From the NCBI RefSeq assembly GCF_009914755.1, contig NC_060926.1: a stretch of DNA of 64,000 bases; one strand, 5' to 3'. This document shows positions 1 through 15,229 of the stretch, piece by piece (the first letter of the stretch is position 1; every line of letters begins with the position of its first letter). The stretch comes from the human T2T-CHM13v2.0 reference genome, Homo sapiens. Both the position numbers and the translations under genes were made by a program. The notes under the pieces were generated by a model. The model was not told the DNA's origin. It saw nothing but the letters and a program-made list of their open reading frames with translations, and ran no database searches.

Positions 1-770
1 TTATGAAGAATGTTGCTATGGAAATTTTTATACATGTCTTTGGGCACATATTCGTAGGCATTTATGTATTAGTTATCTATTGCTGTGAAGCCAGTTGCTG
101 CAACAAACTTAAAACAGTACATATTTATTATCTCACAGTTTCTGTGGGTCAGGAGTTCGAATGCCACTTAGCTGGGTCTTTTGTTTTAGGGTCTCTTACA
201 AGGCTGCAATCAGGTGTCAACTATGACTGGGATCTCATCTGAAGGCTCAACTGGGGGAGGATTGTGTCCAGGCTCACATAGTTGTTGGCAGAATTCAGTT
301 TTTGGAAGACTGTTGGACTAGGAGCTTCATTTCCTAGATGGACAAACCATCCTCATTTCCCTGCCATGTAGGCTTCTCCAGCATCAAAGCATGCAAGCCA
401 AGAAACAATAGAGTCTGCTAGCAAAACAGAAATGAGCATTTTATGTAACACAATCACAGAAGTATATCCCATCACAGTTGCTTCTATATGTTAGAAGACA
501 ATCACAGATCCCATCCACCCTCAGAGGTACAGGATTACACAAGAGAATGAATGCCAGGAAGTGGATATCACAGGGGGTCATCTTAGAGTCTGGCTGCCAC
601 AATTTCTGTTGGGATTGTAACCGGGAATGGAATTATTTGGTCACTGGTCCAGATTCAGTTTTGGAAATTCACTAGTTTTCCACTGTGATTATACCAATTG
701 ACATCCTCACCAGTATTTTCTCCACATCTGGGATTGGTTTTTCCATAGCTTTCCTTCTGGTGTGAGTTAT
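1..770 (-). mobile_element. Old L1M(E)-type 3' fragment, interrupted by the MLT1 LTR at 65-601
   Basis: Antisense L1 3' UTR-like phrases (gttgctatggaaattttta...; ccactgtgattataccaattgacatcctcaccag) on both sides of the LTR. Confidence 0.5.
65..601 (-). mobile_element. MLT1 (MLT1E/F-like) ERVL-MaLR solo LTR
   Basis: tgtattagtt...tatttattatctcacagtttctgtgggtcaggag...ggtcatcttagagtctggctgccaca; TG...CA termini. Confidence 0.75.
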
Positions 771-1179
771 CAAATTGCTCCTGACAAAAGAAAAAAATGG
801 CTTTGTGCACCACAAGCTGCCTTATTCCCTGACTGAACTGGGAGGCAGAATTCTGAATTTCCCAGCCTGGAACTACTCATACCTTTTCTCTACTCTCCTC
901 AGAGGAGAAAAATCCCTGAAGATGCAGAGTCAAAAAAGGTGCCAACTCCAGCAGTACCACCGGTGTTAGTGGCCACCAAGCTGAGGGGTGAGGGATGCTG
1001 GAGAAAAAGTGCCATCACCTCATTTACCAGAGTCCCCTGAATATTAGTCACCATTTATCCAGCCTGGGAAGAGCCACTGGGAGTGATTCTAATTGGGTCC
1101 TGAGCTGTTAGCCAATTCTAAAGGAGTGTTGATGTACCAGCATGAAAAGTTCCCACTATCAATCCTATGTCATGGCAAG

Positions 1180-1540
1180 TGTGTTAGTCTGTTCTCACAC
1201 TCCTAATAAAGACATACCTGACTGGGTAATTTATAAAGGAAAGAGGTTTAATTGACTCACACTTCCACATGGCTGGGGAGGCCTCAAAATCATGGTGGAA
1301 GGTGAAGGGGAAGCAAGACACATCTTACATGGCAGCAGGCAAGAGCACTTGTGTACGGGAACTCCTCTTTGCAAAACCATCAGATCTCATGAGACTTATT
1401 CACTATCATGAGAACAGCATTGGAAAGACCCACCCCTATGATTCAATTGTCTCCCACTGGGTCCCTCTCATGACACATGGGAATTATGGAAGCTACAATT
1501 CAAAATGAGATTTGGGTAGGGACACAGCCAAACCATATCA
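1180..1540 (-). mobile_element. THE1 (THE1B/C-like) MaLR solo LTR
   Basis: Reverse complement of THE1 consensus; perfect 5-bp TSD GCAAG (1175-1179, 1541-1545). Confidence 0.92.
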
Positions 1541-2397
1541 GCAAGGTACGTGGTAGATGTTCAATAACTGTTTAATTAGGATAGAGAAGAAGTAATAACT
1601 AACCTTCAACAAGTGCTCCCTACATTCCTCTATTTCCAATGGCTCATAGGCCCCAGATGTAAAAGAATTTGGGGGAAAATGCAATGGGTCAAGAGCATTT
1701 CTGGGATCTCCATGAGATTCATTAATATTTCTGCCCAAGTGTGTCTAGCAGGGTTATGTTCCTGAAAGCCACTAAACAGTGGTAATAACAGCACCGGGGT
1801 GACTGAGCTGCCTGGATTTGAAAAACTTTGCCAAATGTGTTCAAAGAAGTTCTAGGGAACAATTGATTTGAGTAGGTTCTGATAAAACACCCTCCTGTGG
1901 ACACCAGTGAAATGTTGAGGCTAATTGGGGTTTCTGATACTGATTGTGGAGGAGTTTGGGGGTTGCTGTTTTTCCTTCACTGAATTCCGTCTTCTTTTCT
2001 ACTTTACCCTTTCATTGGGGCTGTTAGTGTATCGGATGTAAGAGTATTACAGGGAAGTGTGCTTTTGTGTGGAAGTCATTACTGTGAACACCTGTTCACT
2101 GTTGAGTTTAATTGGACTACAGCTGGTGCTGATTGTATGTGAAGAGGGGTGCTGCTCCTCCCGCCGAGGAGTTCACTGTCAGTGGCAACAGTGGGGAAGT
2201 CAGCACTACCAAGTTCAGCTCCCACACTGTACATACAGTCAAGTATTCTACGTCCTGTATGGTTAGTTGCCTCTGAGGTACGCTATGGTAAATGCAGACA
2301 GGCAAGAAAAAAAAAGTGCCCACATCTTTGGTCTGTATCATTAAATCAGTTCAGTTCTGCATATGAAAATTTAGGGAAATATGAGGGAAATGACTGA

Positions 2398-2714
<317 letters not shown>

Positions 2715-3289
2715 CCACTCAAAGTAATTTTCTTAGCAATATAAGCTGTTCGCCTATGTCCAGAGATGATAGGGACTGAACAAGCATATAAATAGAAACC
2801 CAGTAATGTAGCTCAAGAGTAGGCAGGTAATGACACATTAAGACTGCATTCCTGATGGAAGTATAGAAAAAGAATATGTCTGTAGCCCTTAATAACAATA
2901 TTAAGAAAAAGTTCAAGTTGACGTACAGATGTTGACGTGCATATTTCAGTTTAGATGTAACGCACATCACTTATTCATTTAATATAAATGCATTTAAACA
3001 ATGAAACATTGTATCTACTTTATAAAGGCTCTTGCTTCATATTAATAATATTAACATCCATGATTATGAGGATGACCCATGTGTTCGGAGGATGGCAGTA
3101 ACTCCTATAAAGCATAAACCATCCACACTAAAGCAAATCTACTGATTCTTGGCTTTGGCTGTTCAACGGGGTCTCATTCCTCTTTGTGTGCAGCTAACAG
3201 TATTGTAAATGTGACCCACCTTTGGACGAGATAAAACGGAATTGCTCCTGAGATCAACAAGTCAGATGAAGAGCTGTATCTAAAAACTA

Positions 3290-3625
<336 letters not shown>

Positions 3626-5894
3626 TCAATATTTGCACAATCCTTTTATTCACAGAATTTGAAAAGCCGCTTGATACTTTTTACTTGCTGAGATGGAGAT
3701 CCATGTCATCGTCCTAAATCCTGGAGGTAAAATGAAGCTAAGACCTTCCCTAGAGCAGATGGCAGGGCAAGATGTAAAAACACAGACCTCCCCTCCTCTG
3801 AATTCAACAGCCTCTCCACCATTGTAACACCCTTGGTCTTTAGAGAGGCAGCTGCCCCTGAGCTGAATGTGGAATCATCAGAGCCCGATCCAGCTTCCAG
3901 GGTGCCATTTTCTAGCTGTGCGGTCTTGGGTTCATCATTCCACCCCTGTGGATAGGATCAAATAAAAAAAAAAAAAAAAAACTTTGCCAAAATCCTTTGT
4001 CAACTGTGAAGAGGCTAACAAATATAGAGACGTTTATGACTCAAGGGGCAGTTTTTCAGTCAAACTGAAAACAGATTTTTCTGCGTGAGAAGCTGTGTTC
4101 CTGTGAAAGGCAGCAGTGCGCGCTGTGAGGGTGGGGAGCGTCTGCCCTCTCTTCTCTTCTCTGATTGCTTATGATGAATGATTCTTTTCCAGCAGACACC
4201 AAATACAGCTTTGCTGCTGATCAATAGATATTCTTTCCTGATTGTTTTCATTTTAGCTCTCTACTTTTTAACTAATTATTACAATTGTGCTCTTTGGGGA
4301 ATTGCATGCAATGAACACATGCACACACACATACACATGCACCTCCTCTACTTCCCAGCACAGATGGTAAGCAGTTTGAGTTCATAGAAATGAGGTCACA
4401 GATACTTCCACGTATGCCGACATGGTCTTTCTATAGCTCCACGAATCCCCCGAACCACCCCAACCTCAGTAGCTGGAAAACATTAGATGCCCTTGATTAG
4501 ATGATGAGAGCGAATCACACGGTGCAGAACAAGAGTCCTGGGGAATTGCACTCCTGGAACAGTAGCCTAATGCTTCCACCTCAATGCTCAACCCTAAGTC
4601 ACCTTGGCATCCAAAGACGATGCCTATGCTTCATCAACTAGGGTCAACTATTTTGCTCTTAAATGATCAGGCACCATGGGGGTCAGGCCAGAAAAACAAA
4701 TAAGTAATGTTCATTTTTCTTGAGAAATAAAGCCACAGATGGAGCATTTTTGAACTAGAACTTAAACTATTCCTCGTGTGGTGACTCAGGCCTTAATGAA
4801 GACGAATACTGGGCTGATTGCCTGTCTGAGCAAAATCAGAAATTCAGCTTGCTATGATCTATACAAAGAGGACATTGGTATCTACCAAGAGCAGTGCAAC
4901 AGAACACCCTGCTTTGGGGTGCAGTGTGCAAGGCTGTTTGACCTCAAGCAGGCTGTTCCATATGGGGAAATAAACCAAAGCTGAGTCTGCCAGTGAGCCC
5001 AGGACCATCTCACAACAGCAGCACCCAAAATGCCTAAAGAATCTTGGACATATGTATTTGGTCAATTCAGGAACCATGAAAAGGAGACCCAGAATGGACA
5101 CTATTGAAGCCATCAAGTCTCTGAGGTTGTATATCATCTGAGGGGTCAGCTCTATCTGTAGCAAGCTAAGCACAGCTCAGTTTTTTGCCACTGGCTGCCA
5201 CAAGCCTGGGAGAATTCTTGGGGCCATGCACCTGACACCTGCAGGTTTGTATCTGCTCTGTTCCAGGGCCACAACTCGCAATTAGCCCCGCCCGTTCTGC
5301 TTGACGGCATGCCCAAGCCACTCCCACACAGCTGGTCCAAGTCCTCTTCCCTTGGCTCATGCGATGAAATCTACACATTTTCCTAACTTGGCAGAGCAGC
5401 CTAATCTTCCTCTGCCGGTGCCACCTCTCTCTCCGTCCCAACTCACATCAAAGTCTCTCAGGACCAGCCAGCTGGTCTGGTCAGATCGCACACGGAGAAT
5501 GGGTGGGCACGTGCACCTCACACACGGCTCCCTTCTTGAGCGAAGCCACATGTTCCCCTCCCCAGCGCTGCTTGGCTTCACTCAACTAATTTGGAACAGT
5601 GATCTTGACACTAGAAAATGCTCTTATCCTGCTCTGCGGCCTGGGTTGCTCCGCCTGTGGGTGGACCCGCTCAGCTGAAGCAAAAAATTATCCACACAGT
5701 TTGCTGATTAGTCACAGCCTGCCCTGGGCTTGGTGACTTCTTCTGTGTCCTGTAGGAGGGGACATTCTGGCAAAAAGACCTGCATAGCTCTCCTCTTCCC
5801 ACTCCAGCTGAACCATCGAGCTAGTCTCCCATACCCCATTCTGAATCCCTCTTGTCTCCTGAGCACAAGGGAGCTTTGAGTCATTCCATCAGCC

Positions 5895-6078
5895 CAATGG
5901 TGCTCAAATCCTAATGTGCATCAGGAAATTGTATTGGAAGTGCAGATTCCTGGGCTCTGGATCTAGGGATTCTGATTCAATAGACTGGGTGAGTTGCAGG
6001 AATCTGCATTTTTAGTAAGTACCTGCTCCAGGTGATTCCATTGTAGTGATCCAGGAACCTTATTTTGAGAAACCACCT
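5895..6078. mobile_element. MER5A-like hAT-Charlie MITE
   Basis: gcagattcctgggc...gattctgattcaatag...gaatctgcattttt...ccaggtgattc...ttttgagaaaccac. Confidence 0.75.
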
Positions 6079-7975
6079 CAAAAGCTGGGAGTGCCATGAG
6101 GCCAGGGATCAGAACCCCCCAGCTCCTGACACAGCATTTGCTCACAATAGATGCTGAGTAAATCCCTGTACTGGATGAATGATTGAATGATGGTGACGAA
6201 AGAGGTGTCCCAGCTCCCCGGGGTCAAGGAGTATTGAATGCATCTTTTGGGAGTAACCTAGGAACTTGCAAATACAGTAACAGAGTTCAGGCCCTTTAAC
6301 TTGGCAATTGCTTTGGGGAAGAATATACATTAAAAGTATAATAGAAAAGTTAGAAAAATGGCACTGTGTGGTTGGAAAAATTATTTCTGTGAGAGAAAAT
6401 TTGGAATCCCACAGACATGCAGCCAAAGGATGGTCTCTTATGATGTCTTCCCATGAGAGACTCTGACCAGGTACCAGCATGCAAGCTTGAGCCAGGTGAA
6501 CGTGGAATGATGCAAAATGAATGAAGCAGGACCCAACACCGTCTGTTCCCACATGGCACACATGTGCACCATCCAAGCTTGAACGTACGCAGGGACGATT
6601 GAGTGGCTAGCAGTTAATGTCCACTTGGTTCTTTTTATGTGCAAAACAGCCTACGTTCACAGGAACTAAATAAAAACAAATGAGGCTGTTGCCACGTGGC
6701 TGGCCTCGAGCTCCTGGTAAACATCTGAAGAAAATGATGGCAAGAGGCAGAAAGTTGGGCTCAGAGTAAAAACATCTGAGGAGTGCATTGGCTTTGACAG
6801 ACAGAGGAAATCACTCACAGATGCCTGGGTGCATTCTTCTCCGGTTGCCTCCCTCGTGCTCCCCTGGCAGGCTCCTGGGGATGCATCAGGGTCCTCTCTC
6901 TCCATCCTCCCCTTCTTGCCCTGTACCACCTCTGTCACACAGGATTCCCTTAGCCTGGTCCCCAAAGAACAAAAGAAGACCTCCACCCTCAAGAGACAGC
7001 TCCTCTGCCCAGCCCTTTCCAGGACCCCACAGTAGATGCAGCTACTGACCCTGTACAGGTCTTAAAGGATCCAAAGAGGAGTGGATTCCTAAGGGTGCGC
7101 CCTGACCTAACCTGTTACACCTGTCACGTTTCAGGCAGTTCTCTCTCTTACCACTCCATTCTGGAAGGTCTAAAGGTCAGCTCTCTAGGCACCTGGCAAT
7201 TCTTCCCCAAGGGTCTGTTGGTTAAACAGGAACATCAACAGACAGAGAAATTGTCAGTAGGTTGCCTTGTTGCTGACACCAGAGTAGGCCTGGCAAGAAG
7301 GGTGCATTCAGGGGAGTGAAGAAGCAAAAGCAAAGAGAAAGTGGTTTCCAAAAGACAATGCAGCCAGTTCAAGCCAAACAGCATTAGCAGTAGCATCTCT
7401 CTCAAAAGCCAAAGACAGACAGAGCCAAAGAAACAGCGTATTTCAGCACTGTGGCTTTGGCCGTTAGTGTCTTAGAAAACCAAAACGAAATGTAACGACG
7501 TCTCCGAGCCTATGTCTGCTAACAGCTCTGAGATTGTCAACCTGGGAATAATGTACCAGGCTTTCTCTTTTAAAAGGAGGAGAGAGTTAAATGTTTTTAA
7601 CACCATCCCAGAGGTCTCACGGTGGATTCTTTTCCCGGTTCTGGAGCAGGACATCGAGGCAGCAGATAGCCATTGCATATAGCGACGGGGTAGTTAGGGG
7701 TGCAGAATGTGGCACCAATTTACCTCCCTCAGGTCACATGCTGGAAATGTGTGCGCTCGTTTTGAGGATGGGGAATCCAGACATTCTGTAAGGAAAGGCA
7801 CTGTCCCGCATGACAAAATACTGCCCGATTTTTGAATGTCCCACACCAGACAACCCTCCAGGGAAAAACCTGCTTATAATTTATCTTTGCCTAGATCCTA
7901 ACTTGGATTTGCATATAAACACCAAGCATTTTTTACACGGTTTTAATAGTCACAGAATTCTGAAAATGCACTTAA

Positions 7976-8301
<326 letters not shown>

Positions 8302-8304
8302 TTT

Positions 8305-8880
8305 GTTTTTTATTGAAGTGACATTCACATAATATAAATTAACCATCTTAAAGCGAATAATTCAGTGGCATAAATACACATTCACATTATTGTGCAGCCG
8401 CCACTGCATCTAGTTCCAAAACATTTCCATCACCCCAAAAGAGAACCCCACATCCATGAAGCAGTCACTTTCTGCTCCCTGCTCAACCTAGCCCCTGGCA
8501 ACCTCAATCTACTGTCTCCGTGGATTCACCTATTTTGGATATTTGTTTCATATAAGTGGAAATATACAGGATGAGACCTTTTGTGTCCTCTTTCTTTCAC
8601 TTTGCCTGTTTTCAAGGTGCATCCACGTTTATAGCATGTATCACTACATTACTCCTTCTTACGGCTGAATAATATTTCATTATACATATAGTCTACATTT
8701 GCTTCATCCGTTCACCCACTGATGGACATTTTGGTTGTGTCCACATTTTGGCTCTTATAAATAGTGGTTCTATGAACATTCATGGATGGGTATTGGGTTG
8801 GATACCTGTTTTCAATTCTTTGGGGTTATATACCTAGGAGTGTAATTGCTGGGTCATATGGTTATTCTTTAACTTTTAAG
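8305..8880 (-). mobile_element. L1MB-type 3' end
   Basis: tttattgaagtgacattcacataa...ttccaaaacatttccatcaccccaaaaga...atacctaggagtgtaattgctgggtcatatgg. Confidence 0.8.
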
Positions 8881-8993
8881 AAATCTGTACTTTGTTTTAT
8901 ATGAAACTCTACCAAAAATTGCTCATTATTTCAGAAAATCACCCTGCTAATGACTATACCTAGATCAGCCTACATTCATGGCTGCTGAGTTCC

Positions 8994-9306
8994 TTTTTTT
9001 GTTTTGTTTTGGTTTGTTTGTTTTTGAGACAGAGTCTCATTCTATTGCCCAGGCTGGAATGCAGTGGCACAATCTTGGCTCACTGCAAACTCTGCCTCCT
9101 AGGTTCAAGTGATTCTCCTGCCTCAGCCTCCTGAGTAGCTGGGATTACAGGTGTACGCCACCACACGCAGCTGATTTTTGTATTTTTAGTAGAGACAGGG
9201 TTTCACCATGTTGGCCAGGCTGGTCTCAAATCCTGGCCTCAAGTGATCCGCCTGCCTCACCGTCCCAAAGTGCTGGGATTACAGGTGTAAGCCACTGCAT
9301 CTGGCC
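8994..9306 (-). mobile_element. Alu (AluS)
   Basis: Antisense dimer; degenerate TSD catggctg...ttcc. Confidence 0.95.
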
Positions 9307-10024
9307 ATGGCTGATTCATTCCTGATGACTGACATACAGGTACCATCATCTGACTATGGTATTGTATCCAAGCATTTACATGTTGAAAAATGTTATTTTA
9401 CTATAAGATTATCTCCCTTTTATATTGTAGCCAGGTCATTATATTATTTTTTAAATTATTTATGAAGGTAAGTTGTATTATCTATGTAGTTGATGAAAAG
9501 GAGCATTACAGTATTTTTAAAGAGAGGAGTTAAGTCTGAGAGAGTTGAGAATCACAACCAGAGTGCTGAGCTGCATGCCAGTCTTTGCATCTGTGGGAAC
9601 AAGATGACATTGATACCAACATACTGGAAAGGCCAGAGAATTTACACATTTTTCTGACAAAGCCCTGTGGTTTCTATAACTATAGCCCAAAGGTTACAGG
9701 TGTGGTGGCCTAGAAACAGTTAAGTACCAACTTGCAGATAATATTTATGGTGGGGATAATGGTTCTGCTCAGACGGAGAAATATTTTCAGGGTATCTCTT
9801 CCTAAAAAAATAGTTCTCTTCCACAAAGCCTGGATAATAATCCCCTCAGTAGCACACCATATAGAGAGAGGAAAGCTAGTCACAAATAATAGAGCAGAGA
9901 GAATTTTGAGACGGTCAGCCTCCTTAAATTTCAGTTGCTGATCTGTGCAGCAGTAAATTAGAAACAGGGAAGAATAGAGCTATAAAATCGTTGACGAAAA
10001 CACTACACTTAAAATATCATCCTA

Positions 10025-10485
<461 letters not shown>

Positions 10486-10530
10486 TTAGGTTGGTGCAAA
10501 AGTAATTGCAGTTTTGGCCATTAAAGTTTA
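10486..10530. mobile_element. MADE1 (Hsmar1 MITE), one arm only
   Basis: TTAGGTTGGTGCAAAAGTAATTGCAGTTTTGGCCATT matches the mariner TIR, preceded by TA. Confidence 0.85.
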
Positions 10531-11061
10531 CAGATACCAAATAGTAGCTGTAAACTTCTGTATTACTTTCTCAAAATTAAATATGTGTATGTGTCTGAAA
10601 AGAAATCTTAGAGCAATCCTAGTCAGAAACTGAGTATTCTTGATAGTTTATATAAAGGCCCAAATATGACTGATCTAGCTGAAACTAATGAGCATCATAG
10701 AGATGTGGAGGACATAAGAACAGGATATTGAGAGAAAGATCAGAGAGGACCAGACCAGAGGCATTTCTGACCCTTTCTGGAGTCTGGAGAAAGGTTCTAA
10801 CAGTTCATCCCTCATACAGGATGATAGGCATTAATGCTAGATCCACATGCAATAGTAATTCTAGTCTGTGGTTTTATGGACATTTAAATTATTGTTTTGT
10901 CTAGATGGGTTCAGTCATTAATCTTTTATGTTTTCTGAGTGGCATCCAGAGCTAAAAGAATTTTTCCAAGCATTGCTTAAGATAAATCTGAGGCCAGGTG
11001 GGACACAACTGACATTTCGGCTAAGAGACTGATGTCTAAGAGAGCTGACCAGTGAGATGCC

Positions 11062-11701
11062 TGTGGTAGATTAAAGACAACCACAAATTCTTTACTTTTC
11101 CTTTCATCAAAAAAGTGGAGCATTTTCCATCCCCTGGAGCCTGAGCTGGCCATCACTTGCTTGATCCATAGAATTCAGAAGCAGTGGTATTCTAGAACTT
11201 CCAAGGCTAGGTTATAGAAGTCTTGTAGCTTCTGCCATGCCTCTTAGAAGACTCAATCTGAGAGAAGCCAACAACATGTAAGTCTCACTACTCTGAGACT
11301 GCCATCCTGTGAGGAATCCCAAGCTAGATGAGCAGAGATGCCTTGTGGAAGGAGAACAATGACCAGCTAGCCCAAGCTGCTCCAGCTGTTGCAACCAAGG
11401 CACCAGACATGGAAGCGAAAAAGTCACTTTGGACATTGCAACCCCAGCAGACGTGACATGGAGAAAAACTGAGAAACCCAACTGATATTTGGAAACATAG
11501 CCTCAGATATATATCCCCAGTTGAACTGTTCCATCCATCTCCAGCCATGTGAGCCATCCCAGTCATCAGGGAACAGAGATGAGCTGTTCCCTCTGAGCTC
11601 TGTCCAAATTCCTGACCTGCAAAATCTTAAGCGTAATAAATGTTATTTAATGCCACTAAGTCTTGTGGTGGTTTATTCCTCAGAAATTGATCACAAAAAC
11701 A
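11062..11701 (+). mobile_element. MLT1G/H-like MaLR solo LTR
   Basis: tgtggtagattaaaga...aataaatgttatttaatgccactaag...aaaaca; TG...CA ends. Confidence 0.75.
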
Positions 11702-12995
11702 CTAGCCCTAGCTGAACAGTGCCTTGAGATTTGCTTGCTGCCTAAATTGGCAGCAATTCATATGTACCTTAAATATCCATCTCAGGTTCAACATGAAAAT
11801 AGACTTATTCTTGACACACAGATAATTACGTACTTTTGCTGTGCATTCACATCTTGTCTTATCATTTTTATTTTGTTATTTATATGTCCAAGAACAAACA
11901 CAAAAGTTTGTTTTATGGACAGGGAGTCTATGGGGATGGGAGGAAGGCAGGAAAATTCCAGGGTTTTTTTTAAAAAAAGGGAAAAGGTGGGAAATGCTTA
12001 TATATCAAAATTAAATAGGTTTCATTCTTGCAAGACTTCTCAAAGCTCTTAGTATATAAATGTGCATTATAAATTGCCAAGAAGTAAACAGAAGATGAAG
12101 CACTTCCCTAAATGTATTTGACCATGAAACAGATTTTTTTGGTCCAGCACACCGTCTTGCAGGATTAGTGTTTCACAGAACAACACCTCTTGAACAGAGC
12201 ATCCAAACCACTTGCTGGCATCAGTGTGTCTGTCTTGGTTTACGACCATTCAGTAGGCAAATGTGTGTGTGTTGTTCTGGAAGCACACACAGAGCAGTGT
12301 GCTCTGGGAGGTGCACACTTCACATGAGCCTTTTGGAAAGAAGCCAGAGGACAGCACAGACTTGGAAATCATCAGGTGCACCCAGGCGAGACCGTATCCC
12401 ACGTTACACCCAGCATCTCTTCTGAATGGTCAGTTCAATTACCACACTGATGGTTAAATGTTTTTACCAACACCCCTGGGATTATAAAGATTAGGAGGGA
12501 GAAATATGCCAACAGTACTGGAAATGGTCATGCCACCCGTCCTGTCATTGTTAAAAAATCATTTTGCCTTTGATTCTGGGAAGCACACGCCTGGGAATAC
12601 TCCCCAGGCCTCTCACTTGACCCCAATAGAACTGTCCCTTTTATGCCACCAAATGAGCTTCGTGATTAGTCATGCCTGTTTCAGCTGGCTAAGTGCCCAA
12701 GCAGTGCCTGAGGCTGGTCCAAGTGTTTCTTCCACCAATTTGAGCTGTCAAATCCACTCATTTTCCTAGGTTAGTAGTGGCAGTACAGTCATCCTCAAAA
12801 GAGACATTTCCTGAGGGCCAAGGCTCACGTGTTCCCTAGAATCACATCCAAGTCCAGCTCAGCCTGGTGTGATGTAGGCTGGAACCATGATTAGGAATTC
12901 AGAGAAGCAAATCCAGCTGCTCCACACTTGGACCATTCCACTCCTGACGCTTGTTCCAAGTTATAGCTGACAGGCTGCCTATGTTTTCCTAGGTT

Positions 12996-13500
12996 CCCCA
13001 TCCACAGATTTAGATAAGAGAGAGGTGTTCTTGCTGTAGTCATTGACTTTATAATTTGGGAGTTTTCATATAATTGGGGGTTTAGGTTTTTTTCATGGTT
13101 CAAGCTGGTCCCATATTTTACATCCCTCTCTCTCCCTATTAGGGCTCAGGATGCTGGATTGTGATTTTGCATTTGCACATTTGTATCCTCCACTGGACTG
13201 TAAGCATAGTGACACTAGAAAGCCCCTTGTTCACCCCTATGTCCCCAGCCCCCAGCAAAGAGCTACCAGGTGCCTGCATCACCCTGGGTATCTCATCTGC
13301 ATTCCAGGCAGGAAGCAGAAGGAAGGAAAAAAGATGAAGAACAAAACACATTTGTCAGCTAAGTCCACCCCCACTTATCAGGAAAAAACAGTATCTATCA
13401 GTTCTAGAAATCCACTCAGAAGTCCTTACATCTCATTGGCCAGGACAGAGTAACTTAGCCTCCCCTGTGGTAAAGAAATCCATGCAAGGAAGGAGCAGAT
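12996..13500 (+). repeat. Copy A (non-Alu part) of a local inverted duplication; partner 26328-26834
   Basis: Colinear with the reverse complement of 26328-26834; ~16 differences in a hand-aligned ~148-bp core. Confidence 0.92.
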
Positions 13501-13940
13501 TTTGCTTTTGTTTTTGTTTTGAGACAGGGTCTCACTCTGTCACCCAGGCAGGAGTGCAGTGGTGCAATCATGCCTCACTGCAGCGTTGGCCTCCCAGGCT
13601 GAAGCGATCCTCCCACAAGAGCCTCCCAAGTAGCTCAGACTACAGTTGTGTGTCACCACGCCCTGCTAATTTTTTTTTATTTTTTTGTAGAGACACATTC
13701 TATATTGCCCAGGCTGGTCTCAAACTCCTGGCCTCAAGCTATTCTCCCAACTTGGCCTCTGAAATTGCTGAGATTACAGGCATGAGTGACCATGTCCTGC
13801 TAATTTTTAAAAAAAAATTTTTGTAGAGATGAGTTTTGACTAAGTTGCCCAGGCTGGTCTCAAACTTCTGGCCTGAAGCTATCCTCCCATCTTGGCCTCC
13901 CAAATTGCTGAGATTACAAGCGTGAGTGACCACTCCTGTG
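13501..13940 (-). mobile_element. AluJ with an extra tandem left arm (trimeric)
   Basis: Right arm followed by two left arms that share atypical bases (aaattgctgagatta, gtgagtgacca/atgagtgacca). Confidence 0.88.
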
Positions 13941-15229
13941 AGATTTTTAAGTAGGCACGTTTGCTCTAAACAAAATATGATTCCTTCATAAGGAAGAAGA
14001 CAGAATAGATGTTGAATCAGTAACTGCAATGTTTGATGTTGATTGAAATGAAAAGACTGGGCTTATTTTTATTCATAAAAATAAATAGGGTTTTTAAGAG
14101 ATGTGTTTCAGCATGTCTATCCACAGACAAAGATATGACTTAATTTTATTTATGTAAAATTCTGCTGAGAAACTCATGCTCATCTAGCCAGTGGAAGTAT
14201 CCAATTAGGGGGTGCAGGGCCTTTCTTTTGAAATAAATCACTCAGTTGTCAGAAATTAGCACAGCCCCTCATCATTTGGGTTCCTTCATGAATCATCAGG
14301 CCACATCCTTTTCCATTTATGTGACTGTGTTGTGTTGCAAATTAAGTTTTAAAAGACATTTTTTTTCTCAAAGAAAATGTAAAGAATAGAGTACCCCCCA
14401 CAACCACCACCCGGGATAATGAACTATAGCTACTGTCATTCCAGGAGGGCTTAATGACAGTGTTCGATGTGTGTGTGGACAGCCGAGGCTTCCCCCAAAG
14501 TTGTCTCTGTGAATGGGCTTCAAGATGTTTTGACTATTATCTGTTACAAAGAAACTTACTATTAATTGCATATTGTCATAGCTGTTAGTCCAACATAACT
14601 GTTAGCCCAACAAAGCATTCTCTCCTCAGGAGAAGGGGATGGGGACACAGCCTAATTTTCTTCCACTGGGTAAGCGGTTTCTCTAAGTTCCTCGCTGCTC
14701 CATTCCTTAAGTTTTCTTGGAGAAAATCAAGTTGAGGAAGGACTCATTCTTCCCTGTGGATGACTTCAGCTCTCTTCCAGGCAGGAGTGAGGATGGCCCT
14801 CCATCATCCCAGGATCCACCTGTGTCTGGGAAACAGCAGGAGCGGCGTTTCTCAATGAGCTGTACAGAGGACACCAGGGACACAGGCATTAGGGCTACAC
14901 ATGCTTCGGGTTGCTCCGATGGTGGTGGTGACTGCTTCTTGGCCTCTCCCCCATACTCCCTTCCACCTCCCATGTGACCTGATGCTGGAGAAACTGTGGT
15001 TTAGCGGGAGGCTGATGGGGAAGTCCTGTGGGTAATGAGTCAGAAAGAGGAGGAGCAAAAGTAAGACAGAAATGCTTACAATGTTTAACTGGAGGGAATT
15101 AACTGTGATATAACTCCAAGAAGAAAGTAACAACATCATTATTGCGCAAGATTCAGGAGTTTGATTCCATGTTGGACAAATGCAGGGAGATGAACTGATT
15201 GTACCCCTGGTCCATTCCCTACATCTCCA

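Noticed and set aside
7442-7462. REST/RE1-like TTCAGCACTGTGGCTTTGGCC
   Set aside because: Only the left half resembles RE1; the right half (ACAG) is absent
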